A stretch of DNA of 64,000 nt from Bryobacterales bacterium (lineage in GTDB: Bacteria > Acidobacteriota > Terriglobia > Bryobacterales > UBA6623). A program made the position numbers and the translations under genes. The stretch is taken from assembly GCA_965116065.1 (NCBI GenBank), contig OZ220485.1, forward strand, positions 3,112,989 through 3,176,988, read 5' to 3'. Numbering within the stretch: the first letter of the stretch is position 1; every line of letters begins with the position of its first letter. Positions 26,339 through 35,965 of the stretch are shown here, one piece after another. A model generated the notes under the pieces. That model did no database searches and was not told where the DNA came from. It worked only from the letters and a program-made list of their open reading frames with translations.

Positions 26339-27907
26339 TCATTGCAGGCGCATGCCGTAGTCGTCGCTGTTGGCAGCGACCTGGCCGACGCCTTCGAGCC
26401 GACATGTCGAAACCAGGCCGGATGTCAGGTCAACCCTGCGGATGACGTGGTTGTTGGTGTCGGCCACATACAGGCAGCCGTCAGCGTATGTGAGCCCGGC
26501 CGGCTCGTCGAACATGGCTTCATCCGCCGGCCCGTCGCGCAGACCGGCCTGGCCTGTTCCTGCCAGCGTCCTCGACTGCATGCCGTCCAGTGATATCGCT
26601 TTCAGCTTGTTGTTGTAGGTGTCGGCCACGTACAACGTGCCGTTCGCAAAGACGATCCCGATCGGGTGCTGCAAGCGAACCGTGTCGCCGACACCATCGA
26701 CATCGCCGAAGTCGAAGAGGCCCTTGCCGACCACCGTACGGACATGTCCGCCACGGGGATCCAGTGACACCGCTCGGACGGAACTGATCTCGCTGTCCGC
26801 CACGAACAGGTGATCCCCGTCACTCGTGAGGCCGCTGGGCTGGGCAAGGGCCGCTGCGAGCAGCGGGCCATCGACATGGTCCTCGCGCCCGCTCCCGGCA
26901 TGCACGGCCATGTAGCCGCCTTCCAGATCGACACCGAAGACCTGATGGCTGCCAGCCATGGCGACGAACAGCACGCCGTGCATGAACTGTAGATCCCAAG
27001 GGGAGTTCAGCCGTCGACCGTCCAGTGGTCCGGGACGGCTCTCCCACTCCGTGTCCTGGATTCCGTCCCCGACAATCGTCGAGACTTTCCCGGACTGGAA
27101 GTCGACGGCCCGAATCGCATGATTGCCCGTGTCGGCAACGAACAGGACCCCGTCGACGAGAGCCATTCCCTGCGGATGGGAAAATCGCGCAATGCAGGAG
27201 GGGCCATCCAGCAAGCCGGGCTCGCCACTGCCGACAACCGCGGAGACCCCGCCATCGCGGAGGGACGTCACGATGATCCGGTGGTGATTCGTGTCGGCGA
27301 CGAACAGGCGCCCGTCATCTTCATCGGCCAGCACCTTCCCCGGGAATGACAGATCAGTCGGCGGCAACCGCTCCACCTCCCGCCGGACCGGCAGCAGGTC
27401 CCGGCGGATACCCCCAGAGCGGTCATAGTGATCGATCATCTGCCCGATCACGCGGTCGAACAGATCGAAGACCTGCTCTCCGGAATGCACCCCGAACACC
27501 TTGCCCAAGGGGTCGATCAGCATGAAGCTGGGCCATGCGCGGACAGCGTACTCCTGCCAGACCTGCATCTCGCGATCATTGACCACCGGGTGCTCGATCC
27601 CGTATCGCATGACCGCCTGACGAACGTTCTCCGTGTCCTTTTCCGCATCGAACTTCGCGGAATGCACGCCAATCACGACCAGCTCCCTCGTGTACTTCTG
27701 CTCCAGCCGCCTCAGATCCTCCAGCGCATGCAGGCAGTTGATGCAGCAGTACGTCCAGAAGTCCAGCAGGACGATCTTGCCGCGAAGATCACGGATCGCA
27801 AGCGGGCGTTCCGTATTGAGCCAATCGAGACCCTCCGGAAACTCCGGCGCGTTGACCGTGCCCGGCTTGATGACTTCCCTGGGGGCCGGGTCCGCCGCAT
27901 CCGCCAT
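26339..27907 (-). CDS. Thioredoxin-like (redoxin) domain fused to an NHL-repeat beta-propeller (NHLRC2-like)
   Basis: The 522-aa ORF contains LLDFWTYCCINCLHALEDL. It has repeated NHL-like units (FVADTNHHRI, FVADTGNHAIR, FVADSEISSVR, YVADTYNNKLK, YVADTNNHVIR). Confidence 0.85.
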   Translation of the reverse strand: MADAADPAPREVIKPGTVNAPEFPEGLDWLNTERPLAIRDLRGKIVLLDFWTYCCINCLHALEDLRRLEQKYTRELVVIGVHSAKFDAEKDTENVRQAVMRYGIEHPVVNDREMQVWQEYAVRAWPSFMLIDPLGKVFGVHSGEQVFDLFDRVIGQMIDHYDRSGGIRRDLLPVRREVERLPPTDLSFPGKVLADEDDGRLFVADTNHHRIIVTSLRDGGVSAVVGSGEPGLLDGPSCIARFSHPQGMALVDGVLFVADTGNHAIRAVDFQSGKVSTIVGDGIQDTEWESRPGPLDGRRLNSPWDLQFMHGVLFVAMAGSHQVFGVDLEGGYMAVHAGSGREDHVDGPLLAAALAQPSGLTSDGDHLFVADSEISSVRAVSLDPRGGHVRTVVGKGLFDFGDVDGVGDTVRLQHPIGIVFANGTLYVADTYNNKLKAISLDGMQSRTLAGTGQAGLRDGPADEAMFDEPAGLTYADGCLYVADTNNHVIRRVDLTSGLVSTCRLEGVGQVAANSDDYGMRLQ

Positions 27908-28057
27908 AAGCCCATCATGGCAAAGCAGGGAACCCGGTGAATCTCCTCCATCGCGGTTCCTTTCCCCGCCATGCCAGAATGAACGGCTGCTGCTCTTTCC
28001 CGTCGCATGGCAACGGTACTGCCAGTCGGGTGGCAGCGCGACTGCGATCCTACGAGA

Positions 28058-28807
28058 ATGTCCGGTTCACCCAGGAGAATCTGTCTTTGGTCGGGCCCGC
28101 GCAACGTCTCGACGGCGCTGATGTACTCGTTCGCACAACGCAGCGACACCGTGGTCTTCGACGAGCCGCTGTACGCTCATTTCCTCCGGGTGTCGGAGGC
28201 ACAACACCCGCTGCGTGCGATCTGCCTGGCCGCGCAGGATTCCGACGGTGCCGGCGTGGTGCGCAACGTGATTCTGGGGCCGACCCCGGCCGATGTCCTG
28301 TTCTTCAAGCAGATGGCCCACCATCTGGTCGACCTGGACCTCGCCTTCATGCGACACACGCTGAACGTGTTCCTGACTCGCGACCCGCAGGAGATGCTGC
28401 CGTCACTGCGGAGCCGGATCGGCACGCCGACGCTCCGCGACACGGGGTATGCGAGGCAGTGCGAGGTGCTCGCCATGCTGGAAGCATGGGGCCAGACGCC
28501 AGCGGTGATCGACTCCCGGGATCTGCTGCTGAACCCGGCGCAGACCCTGCGGTCGCTGTGCGAGCATCTCGGCATCGGGTTCGAGACGGCGATGCTCCGC
28601 TGGCCGGCCGGGCCCAAGGAATTCGATGGTGTCTGGGCATCGCACTGGTATGTCAACGTCCACAAGTCGACGGGATTTCAGCCGTACAGACCGAAGGCGG
28701 AGCGGTTTCCGGTCGAACTGGAACCACTTCTGGATACCTGCAGGCCGTACTACGCCACACTCAGGGAGCGCTGCATTGGCGTTGGCCGCGGCACTGGCGG
28801 GGCCTAG
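28058..28807 (+). CDS. Sulfotransferase-family (P-loop-like) protein
   Basis: ORF 28007..28807, with ATG 28058 preferred. The motifs ICLWSGPRNVSTALMYSF, FDEPLYAHFL, FFKQMAHH and VIDSRDLLLNP match a sulfotransferase-like family by recall. Confidence 0.7.
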   Translation: MSGSPRRICLWSGPRNVSTALMYSFAQRSDTVVFDEPLYAHFLRVSEAQHPLRAICLAAQDSDGAGVVRNVILGPTPADVLFFKQMAHHLVDLDLAFMRHTLNVFLTRDPQEMLPSLRSRIGTPTLRDTGYARQCEVLAMLEAWGQTPAVIDSRDLLLNPAQTLRSLCEHLGIGFETAMLRWPAGPKEFDGVWASHWYVNVHKSTGFQPYRPKAERFPVELEPLLDTCRPYYATLRERCIGVGRGTGGA

Positions 28808-28816
28808 GGAGAGTCC

Positions 28817-29554
28817 GTGCCCTCGCTCAGCCTGGTCATTCCGGCCTTCAACGAAGAACGCCGCATGCCGAACGCCTTCGGCGCCGTGGAGAAGTTCCGG
28901 GCAGTCGCTTCCTGCATCTGCTCGGAGGTCATCGTCGTGGATGACGGCTCAACGGACGCCACCGCCATATGCGCGGAGCCGGCACGGGAGCGACTGGAGC
29001 GGTCCGGAACGGCCGTGCGGGTGCTCCGCAACGCGACCAACCGCGGCAAGGGATTCAGCGTCCGACGCGGCATGCTCGAGGCCCGGGGCGAGTGGATCCT
29101 CTTTTCGGACGCGGATCTCTCCACGCCGCTCGGGGAATTCGAGAGGCTCTACGCCGCTGCCATGGAGGGATCCCATGAAATCGCGATCGGTTCGCGGGCC
29201 TTGGACCGGACGCTGATCGGCGAGCGTCAGCCGCGATACAGGGAGATTTCCGGACGGGCATTCAACCTCCACATGCGAATCCTGCTCGGCCTTGACTTCG
29301 CGGATACGCAGTGCGGCTTCAAGTTATTCAGCCGGCAGGCGGGCCACACGATCGCACGGAAGCAGCGCATCGAGAGGTTCGGATTCGATGTCGAACAGCT
29401 TCTGCTGGCGCATAGACTCGGCTTTACGACAGTTGAAGTCCCCGTTCATTGGAACAATGCAGATGATTCGTCCGTTGCGTTACTGGACGGATTAAAAGCC
29501 TTTACCGACGTGTGGAGCGTGAAATGGCACGACTTCCGGGGTCGTTACTCGTGA
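28817..29554 (+). CDS. Family-2 glycosyltransferase (dolichyl-phosphate beta-glucosyltransferase-like)
   Basis: The 245-aa ORF contains LSLVIPAFNEE, VIVVDDGSTD, ILFSDADLS, DTQCGFKLF and FGFDVE. Confidence 0.85.
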   Translation: MPSLSLVIPAFNEERRMPNAFGAVEKFRAVASCICSEVIVVDDGSTDATAICAEPARERLERSGTAVRVLRNATNRGKGFSVRRGMLEARGEWILFSDADLSTPLGEFERLYAAAMEGSHEIAIGSRALDRTLIGERQPRYREISGRAFNLHMRILLGLDFADTQCGFKLFSRQAGHTIARKQRIERFGFDVEQLLLAHRLGFTTVEVPVHWNNADDSSVALLDGLKAFTDVWSVKWHDFRGRYS

Positions 29555-29585
29555 GAGGCACCGTCGCCAGCGGCGCGCACTGGCC

Positions 29586-30878
29586 CTAGACCAAGGCGCC
29601 GGAATGATCGATCCGCTCGGCGTTCAGGTAGGGGCGAAGAGCGTCCGGAATCACGACGGTTCCGTCGCATTGCTGGTAGTTCTCCACGATCGCAAGCCAG
29701 GTTCGTCCGATCGCAAGGCCGCTCCCATTGAGCGTGTGCACGAATTCCGAGCGGTTCTTCTTGCCCGTTGCGCGCCGGCATCGGATTCCGGCCCTTCGCG
29801 CCTGAAACGCCTCGAAGTTGCTGCAGGAAGAGATTTCCTTGAACTCGCCAAGGCCAGGCAGCCAGACTTCCAGATCATAGGTCTTGGCGGCGCTGAACCC
29901 CATGTCCCCGCTCGACAGGATCATCTTGCGGTAGGGCAGGCCCAGTCGCCGCAGGATGTCTTCCGCGTCTGCCGTCAACCGCTCGAGCTCGTCGTAACTC
30001 GTCTCCGGAGCAGCGATCTTGACCAGTTCGACCTTCTGGAACTGATGCTGGCGGATCACGCCCCGGACATCCCGGCCATACGAGCCGGCTTCGCTACGGA
30101 AACAGGGAGTGAATGCCGTCAGCGAGAGCGGGAGTTCTTCCACTGGAAGCGTCTCACCGGCGTACAGGTTCGTCAAGGGGACCTCGGCGGTAGGCACCAA
30201 CCAATAGTCCGTGCCCTCCAGCTTGAAGAGATCCTGAGCGAACTTCGGCAACTGTCCCGTTCCGAAGAGGCTCTTGGAATTCGCGATGAATGGCGGCAGG
30301 ATTTCGCAGTAACCATGCTCGGAGGTGTGCACATCCAGCATGAAGTTCATCAGTGCCCGTTCCAGCTTCGCTCCGCCATTCCGATAGACTGCGAACCGCG
30401 AACCGGCAAGCTTGGCCGCCCGCTCGAAGTCCACGATCCCGAGTTCGACGCCCAGATCCCAGTGCGGTTTCGGCGTGAACGAGAACGCGGGTGGCTGCCC
30501 CCAACCTGCGACTTCGACGTTCGCTGCCGCGTCCGCTCCCGGAGGGACGCTCTCGTGCGGCACGTTCGGCATGCGACTCAGGAGCGAGTCCAGTGCCTCG
30601 TCCAACGCATGGAGTTCTTCCTCTCGATCACGGATCTCGCGATGGACCTGTCTCGATTCCTTGACCAGGTCAAGGGCGTCGTTGCCACCACGCCGCGCCT
30701 CGGCGACGAGTGCGCTGAGTTCATTGCGCTTCTGCTGGAGCGACTGGATACCAGTGACGGCCGTGCGCCGCTTCCGGTCCGTATCGACGAACTCATCAAG
30801 AATCGTCGTGTCCACGCGATCACCCAAACGGGACTTGATCGTGTCGAAGTCTTGACGCAGGAGTGCACGATCCAGCAT
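29586..30878 (-). CDS. serS: Seryl-tRNA synthetase
   Basis: The 430-aa ORF has an N-terminal coiled-coil arm and then [37 protein letters not shown] and [20 protein letters not shown]. Confidence 0.95.
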   Translation of the reverse strand: MLDRALLRQDFDTIKSRLGDRVDTTILDEFVDTDRKRRTAVTGIQSLQQKRNELSALVAEARRGGNDALDLVKESRQVHREIRDREEELHALDEALDSLLSRMPNVPHESVPPGADAAANVEVAGWGQPPAFSFTPKPHWDLGVELGIVDFERAAKLAGSRFAVYRNGGAKLERALMNFMLDVHTSEHGYCEILPPFIANSKSLFGTGQLPKFAQDLFKLEGTDYWLVPTAEVPLTNLYAGETLPVEELPLSLTAFTPCFRSEAGSYGRDVRGVIRQHQFQKVELVKIAAPETSYDELERLTADAEDILRRLGLPYRKMILSSGDMGFSAAKTYDLEVWLPGLGEFKEISSCSNFEAFQARRAGIRCRRATGKKNRSEFVHTLNGSGLAIGRTWLAIVENYQQCDGTVVIPDALRPYLNAERIDHSGALV

Positions 30879-31104
30879 GAGACGAATGAGAGAGCTCTCT
30901 TGACTGGCAAGTGGGCCTGCGCCACGATCCAGGCCGACTGCAGAAGCCGTACCCCTACCTCCACTTCAAGAGTCCCTTCAAGTATCGCATGCGCCACGTT
31001 CCAGATCCGGAGCGGAGAATCCGACCGGTGGTCTGCGGACGTGCAGCGGCAAGCAGTCCGGCCGACCACGACCATGGTTCAAGTCCGGCTGATAGCATGG
31101 ACGG

Positions 31105-33441
31105 GTGCTGCTGGATGGATCGTACAAGCGATTGAACATCATCTTGCCGACCGTGGCGGCGGTCGGCTTCGCGGTCGGCTTGGCCTGTACAGTACGGGCC
31201 GCCGACTGGCCGGGTGCAGAGCCACTCGACCGGGCGATCAACGAAGCGATCCAGGAGGGACTCACTCCCGGAGCGGTGGTCTGGATCGAGTCCCGTGGCC
31301 GGCGACTCCACTTCGACAGCTACGGAGCGCGAAGCGTGGTGCCGTCCCGGGAGGCGATGACACCCGACACCATTTTCGACTGCGCCTCACTGACGAAGGT
31401 CATGGCGACGGCGCCGTCGGTCATGATGCTGGTCGAGGAAGGCAAGCTCCGCCTGAACGACCCCATTCGGACGTATCTGCCGGCATTCAAGGACCGGAGC
31501 CGCATCACCGTCCTGCAGTTGCTGACGCACTACTCCGGACTGCGTCCGACCCTTGATCAGGAGGCGGTATGGAGCGGCTACGAGACCGGCCTCGCCCTCG
31601 CCCTGCAGGAAGCCCCGGTTGCCGAACCGGGATCGAAATTCATCTACAGCGATATCAACTACATACTGCTGGCCGAGATCGTCCGCCGAGCAAGCGGCGT
31701 GCCGGTCGATCAGTTCGCCCGGGAGCGCATTTTCGGACCGCTCGGCATGCACGACACGATGTATCAGCCACCCGAGACACTGCGGGAGCGCATCGCTCCG
31801 ACGGAGCGACTCGAGGACGGGACGGTACTCCGGGGGGTGGTCCATGATCCCACGACCCGCAAGATGGGCGGAGTTTCCGGACACGCCGGTCTCTTCTCCA
31901 CGGCCGCGGACATTGCCCGGTTCGCGCGCATGATGGACGCTGGCGGCGACCTGGACGGCATGCGCATCCTCAGCCCGCTGAGCGTTCTGCGGATGCGGAC
32001 CCCGCAGAATCCGGCAGGGAAGGCTGCGCGAGGCATCGGATGGGATATCGACACGCCCTATTCGTCCCCCCGGGGAGACCTGTTCGGAACCGCATCCTAC
32101 GGGCACACCGGGTTCACCGGCCCTTCCCTCTGGATCGACCCAACCAGCCATTCGTTCGTCGTCCTGATGACGAATCGCGTGCATCCGGAAGCGCGGACAT
32201 CCGTGGTACGGCTGCGGAGCTTCGTTGCGTCCATTACCGCCGCAAACCTGGACCCCGTCGAGACCGTCGAATCCCGGATCGATCGACCTGCAAGGCGTCG
32301 CCCGGTCACCGCCGTGCGCACCGGCCTTGACAAACTCGTGGACAACGGCTTCGCACCCCTTCGCGGCAAGAGAATCGGCCTGCTCACGAACCACACCGGC
32401 GTAGACCGTACCGGCCGCCGGAACATCGACCTGCTCGCCGGGGCTGCCGATCCGGTCCTGTCGATGATCTTCACCCCTGAGCACGGACTGGACGGACTGC
32501 TCGACCAACCCGAGATCGCCGACGGCGCAGACACCGCAACCGGCATTCCGGTTGTCAGTCTGTATCAGTCCGACCGCCGCAAACCCCCCGTGGAACTGCT
32601 TCGCGACCTCGACGCACTGGTGTTCGACATCCAGGACATCGGAGCCCGCTTCTACACCTACATCACCACGATGGGGTATGCCATGGAGGCCGCAGCGGAA
32701 GCCGGGATCGAGTTCTTCGTGCTGGACCGACCCAATCCGATCAATGGCGTCAGTGTCGAGGGCCCGATGCTCGACGAAGAACTCGAGTCCTTCGTCGGCT
32801 ACCACCCGCTCCCGGTCCGGCATGGAATGACGGTCGGTGAACTCGCCGGAATGTTCAACGAGGAACGAGACATCGGCGTCAAGCTGTCGGTCATTCGAAT
32901 GCAGGAGTGGCGCCGCGAGTCGTGGTTCGACGAAACAGGGCTGCCCTGGATCAATCCCTCACCGAATATCCGGACTCTCGACCAGGCGACCCTCTATCCG
33001 GGGATCGCCATGCTGGAGTGGATGAACGAATTCTCGGTCGGCCGGGGAACCGATACGCCGTTCCAGTTCATTGGTGCCGACTGGATTCGCGGCCGGGAGC
33101 TGGCAGATGCGATTCGCCAAAAAGATCTTCCGGGAGTACGGGCGTACTCCCGGAAACTGCGACCGAGAGGCTCGGCCTTCGAAGGAACCGTCATTGACGG
33201 CGTACAGTTCACTATCGTTGATCGCGATGCATTCAACGCGACCCACCTGGGCCTGACCGTCGCGGCAGAACTCAGGAGGTTGTACCCCGAGCATGTGGAC
33301 TTGGCCACTTCGGGGAAACTGATCGGCAACCGCACCGTCCTGCAACAACTGGTCCAGGGTCTCGACGTTTCGAACCAGGTTCCCACAGACGAAACCCTGG
33401 AGCAGTTTAGGAGCAGACGGAGAGCGTTCCTGCTGTATTGA
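31105..33441 (+). CDS. Fusion protein: beta-lactamase-fold serine hydrolase (AmiE/PBP4-like) plus a DUF1343/NamZ-like exo-muramidase domain
   Basis: The 778-aa ORF has a GTG start. The N-terminal half contains FDCASLTKVM (SxxK), YSDINY and HTGFTG. The C-terminal half contains GLLTNHTGVD, IFTPEHG, FDIQDIGARFYTYI, FFVLDRPNPI and HPLPVRHGMTVGELA. Confidence 0.85.
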   Translation: MLLDGSYKRLNIILPTVAAVGFAVGLACTVRAADWPGAEPLDRAINEAIQEGLTPGAVVWIESRGRRLHFDSYGARSVVPSREAMTPDTIFDCASLTKVMATAPSVMMLVEEGKLRLNDPIRTYLPAFKDRSRITVLQLLTHYSGLRPTLDQEAVWSGYETGLALALQEAPVAEPGSKFIYSDINYILLAEIVRRASGVPVDQFARERIFGPLGMHDTMYQPPETLRERIAPTERLEDGTVLRGVVHDPTTRKMGGVSGHAGLFSTAADIARFARMMDAGGDLDGMRILSPLSVLRMRTPQNPAGKAARGIGWDIDTPYSSPRGDLFGTASYGHTGFTGPSLWIDPTSHSFVVLMTNRVHPEARTSVVRLRSFVASITAANLDPVETVESRIDRPARRRPVTAVRTGLDKLVDNGFAPLRGKRIGLLTNHTGVDRTGRRNIDLLAGAADPVLSMIFTPEHGLDGLLDQPEIADGADTATGIPVVSLYQSDRRKPPVELLRDLDALVFDIQDIGARFYTYITTMGYAMEAAAEAGIEFFVLDRPNPINGVSVEGPMLDEELESFVGYHPLPVRHGMTVGELAGMFNEERDIGVKLSVIRMQEWRRESWFDETGLPWINPSPNIRTLDQATLYPGIAMLEWMNEFSVGRGTDTPFQFIGADWIRGRELADAIRQKDLPGVRAYSRKLRPRGSAFEGTVIDGVQFTIVDRDAFNATHLGLTVAAELRRLYPEHVDLATSGKLIGNRTVLQQLVQGLDVSNQVPTDETLEQFRSRRRAFLLY

Positions 33442-33506
33442 GACCAGTGCCGGCCGGCCTCAGTACTTCTTGGGGTCCAACCAGTGGCAGGAAAGCACCC
33501 GTAATG

Positions 33507-33752
33507 CTATCCCTCTCGGGCTTCCCGGATTTCCTCGATCCAGCCCGGGCGCCTGCCGCGCCGCTTTCCGCTCGCGAGGTTATCGATCGCCAGAACAGCA
33601 GCATCAATGTTGTCGCGTCTCTGGGCATAGCTGTCGAGCAACTTCCGCGCGCCACGGTCCGATTCCGCCTCCAGTGCGGTGATCACGTTCGAGGCCTTTT
33701 CGCGCTCCTGGCGAAGCTCCTCGAGAGTTTCTGAGATTCGTGTGTTGTCCAC
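33507..33752 (-). CDS. Small (81-aa) coiled-coil protein with a basic AT-hook-like C-terminal motif
   Basis: A GTG start is preceded by GAAAGGAAAGGA. The protein reads ETLEELRQEREKASNVITALEAE...GKRRGRRPGWIEEIREAREG. A consensus-like promoter lies upstream. Confidence 0.55.
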   Translation of the reverse strand: MDNTRISETLEELRQEREKASNVITALEAESDRGARKLLDSYAQRRDNIDAAVLAIDNLASGKRRGRRPGWIEEIREAREG

Positions 33753-33876
33753 TTGGTCCTTTCCTTTCAGTTCATGACTCTACCGAGCAATCTTCAGTCA
33801 ATCCGTCGATCACTCCCAAACAGAGAATTGCGTGCAGTGCTTCCGGGTTCTCGGTGAGTGTCACTGCACTACAGCC

Positions 33877-33907
33877 ATATTAGCAGAGTGTCATTATTGC
33901 CTGTCAA
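33877..33907 (-). promoter_or_regulatory. Sigma70-like promoter for the 81-aa gene
   Basis: On the minus strand: TTGACA (33907-33902), a 19-nt spacer, then TGcTAATAT-type extended -10 (TAATAT at 33882-33877). This leaves a ~120-nt leader before the GTG at 33752. Confidence 0.4.
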
Positions 33908-34628
33908 GAGCAGCCGTCACGACTACGATCATGAGAGCCATTGAATCCGCCCCATGCATCTGCCACCCTCACTCAACCCGGTGGATTGACGTCCCGTATC
34001 GAACGGAACAGTGCCGCCGCCTTGCGGCGAGAGTGTCGTGAGATCTTGTCGGCGGCGACGATAGTAATTCGCGGTCGCTGTCACGCGCATACCTGCATCG
34101 ATACCATCCCGACTTCCCGCCACTACCCTCAAGCTCCGATCACGAGTCGAAATCAACGGCAAGATGACAGAGCCAGCGAGCGGGTCCGCGTCCGTCAACG
34201 CTCGGCTTCCCCGGGCGGTGCGAACGGAGTCGATCCATCCTTCGAACGTGCAGCGAAGCCGTCCGCCGTGCCGGGTCGTCCAACGGTATGCGCTACCGCT
34301 CACGCGTGAGCAGGGGCGGCTGCATACGGGGCGCTGCACTGGCGGCGGAGATTCATCCAACTGCGTACCTTTGGAACGGTTCGGGGATGGCCCGGATGTC
34401 CGGTCGAGCCGAGATTCGCGGAGGATGCCGGCCTGCCTTGCCAATGGCCGCGGGGGCACCCGCTCGCGCACCGGAACGGGTGACTGTTGCACTGCGAACG
34501 CGTTTGTCCTATACTCGCTCTGAAACGGCCACTTCACAGCGTCACCGTGGGTCAGAGCCCCCTGCCGTCTGTTGTTTTGTGCCATCATCCCTCTTGCACC
34601 AGACATGGATGCACCAGGAGTTCAAGCA

Positions 34629-35852
34629 ATGAGCCTCAGACACACAACTCGATTCACCCTTGCGGCTTGCCTGCTGCTGATGGTCGCAGCGGTCGCCATT
34701 CCGAACCCGCAGGAGAAAGAGTACAAGGACAGAGCCGAGTACGACATCATCACGAAGGTCTACGGCGAGGCCGACCCTCAGCAGAAGATCGCCCTTCTCA
34801 ACGAGTGGACGGAGAAGTACCCCGAGACGGACTATCACCTGGAGCGCTCGCGGTTCTACCTGGACTCCTATCAGAAAACCGGCAGCATGCCCGAGGCCAT
34901 CGCGGCCGCCAAGGAACTGCTGGGCAAGCTTCCCGGCGACTTCGCGGCGAACTACGTGATTACCCTGTACAGCCCCAACCTCGGAAAGGCGGACGCCGCA
35001 ACACTGAAGGACGCCAGCATCGCCGCGAACGAACTCCTCACGGCGCTGCCGAAGCAGTTCGGTACGAAGCCGGACAGTGTCGCCCAGGAAGCCTGGGACA
35101 ACGCCCGGACGGGAGCTGAAGCCGCCGCACACCAGACCATCGGCTGGACGCAGATGCAGAAGAAGGAAAACATGGCTGCCGAAGAGTCCTTCCGGAAAGT
35201 GCTGGAACTGGACCCTTCCCGCGGTCAGGTATCGTACTGGCTCGGGCAGGTCGTGCTCGCACAGAACGAGGCTTCGAAGTACGACCTGGCGTTCTTCTCC
35301 TTCGCGCGGGCCGCGCTCTACGACGGACCGAACGCGATGAACGCTGACGGACGCCAGCAGGTGCTGGAATACGTGCAGAACATGATGAGGAAGAACTACG
35401 GCGAAGAGAGCTTCAACCTCTATTGGCCCAGGTTCGAGTCGATGGCCAAGGTGGGCGCACTACCATCGGAGAGGATCGAACTGAAGTCGGAGGAACAGCT
35501 GCAGTTCGAGGCGGAGCAGAAATCCCGGAAAGAGAACCCTCTGCTCTGGCAGTTCAAGGACCTGCAGGTGGCGCTGACAGGTGCACAGGGAGACTCGACG
35601 TGGGCCAAGCTGAACGGAGCCCTGACACCGAAGATGCGCCTGTATGTGGTTTCCGCCACCCCTCCGGAACGGCCCGCCACGATCAACTTCACGAGCGAGC
35701 CCGGAGGAGGCGTCGAGGTCGTGCTGAACCTGGAGAACCGTCGTCGCTCGGGAGTGCGATCGGGCACGATGCTGACGTTCGAGGGCGTCGCGGCCGGCTT
35801 GCGGAAGGAGCCGTTCCGCCTGACGCTGAACGACGGCAAGACCATCCCCTGA
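34629..35852 (+). CDS. Secreted hypothetical protein, helical-repeat (TPR-like) N-terminal half
   Basis: ORF 34572..35852, with ATG 34629 preferred (MSLRHTTRFTLAACLLLMVAAVA signal). It has high third-position GC. I recognised no family. Confidence 0.7.
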   Translation: MSLRHTTRFTLAACLLLMVAAVAIPNPQEKEYKDRAEYDIITKVYGEADPQQKIALLNEWTEKYPETDYHLERSRFYLDSYQKTGSMPEAIAAAKELLGKLPGDFAANYVITLYSPNLGKADAATLKDASIAANELLTALPKQFGTKPDSVAQEAWDNARTGAEAAAHQTIGWTQMQKKENMAAEESFRKVLELDPSRGQVSYWLGQVVLAQNEASKYDLAFFSFARAALYDGPNAMNADGRQQVLEYVQNMMRKNYGEESFNLYWPRFESMAKVGALPSERIELKSEEQLQFEAEQKSRKENPLLWQFKDLQVALTGAQGDSTWAKLNGALTPKMRLYVVSATPPERPATINFTSEPGGGVEVVLNLENRRRSGVRSGTMLTFEGVAAGLRKEPFRLTLNDGKTIP

Positions 35853-35863
35853 GCGGAACAGAC

Positions 35864-35888
35864 GATGCCCACACTCGGTGTGGGCATC
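35864..35888 (+). terminator. Perfect 11-bp stem-loop 12 nt after the stop codon
   Basis: GATGCCCACAC (35864-35874), loop TCG, then GTGTGGGCATC (35878-35888). There is no U-tract. Confidence 0.5.
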
Positions 35889-35965
35889 CGCAACCGCACA
35901 GTAGCATGTTAGGCTAAACTTCGGAAAGAATGCGAGGATGTTGCATCCCCGCAATCGACTCAGCC

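Noticed and set aside
26164-26593. Short plus-strand ORFs downstream of the 69-aa ORF
   Set aside because: They overlap the 3' end of the NHL-repeat gene in antisense and give Arg-rich translations.
31076-31086. GGTTCAAGTCC, a tRNA T-loop-like motif in the serS upstream region
   Set aside because: The flanking bases cannot form a 5-bp T-stem, and no acceptor, D or anticodon arms can be drawn. I found no tRNA anywhere in the window by eye.
34478-34496. Minus-strand CAGTGCAACAG resembling part of bacterial RNase P RNA
   Set aside because: The universally conserved GAGGAAAGUCC and ACAGAAxxCGGCUUA-type elements are absent nearby, so this is an isolated 11-mer match.
33929-34606. 225-aa minus-strand ORF exactly filling an intergenic gap
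   Set aside because: It has only ~68% third-position GC by hand count, an Arg/Ser/Gly/Pro-rich translation and no recognisable motif. I kept it as a finding to check rather than a feature.
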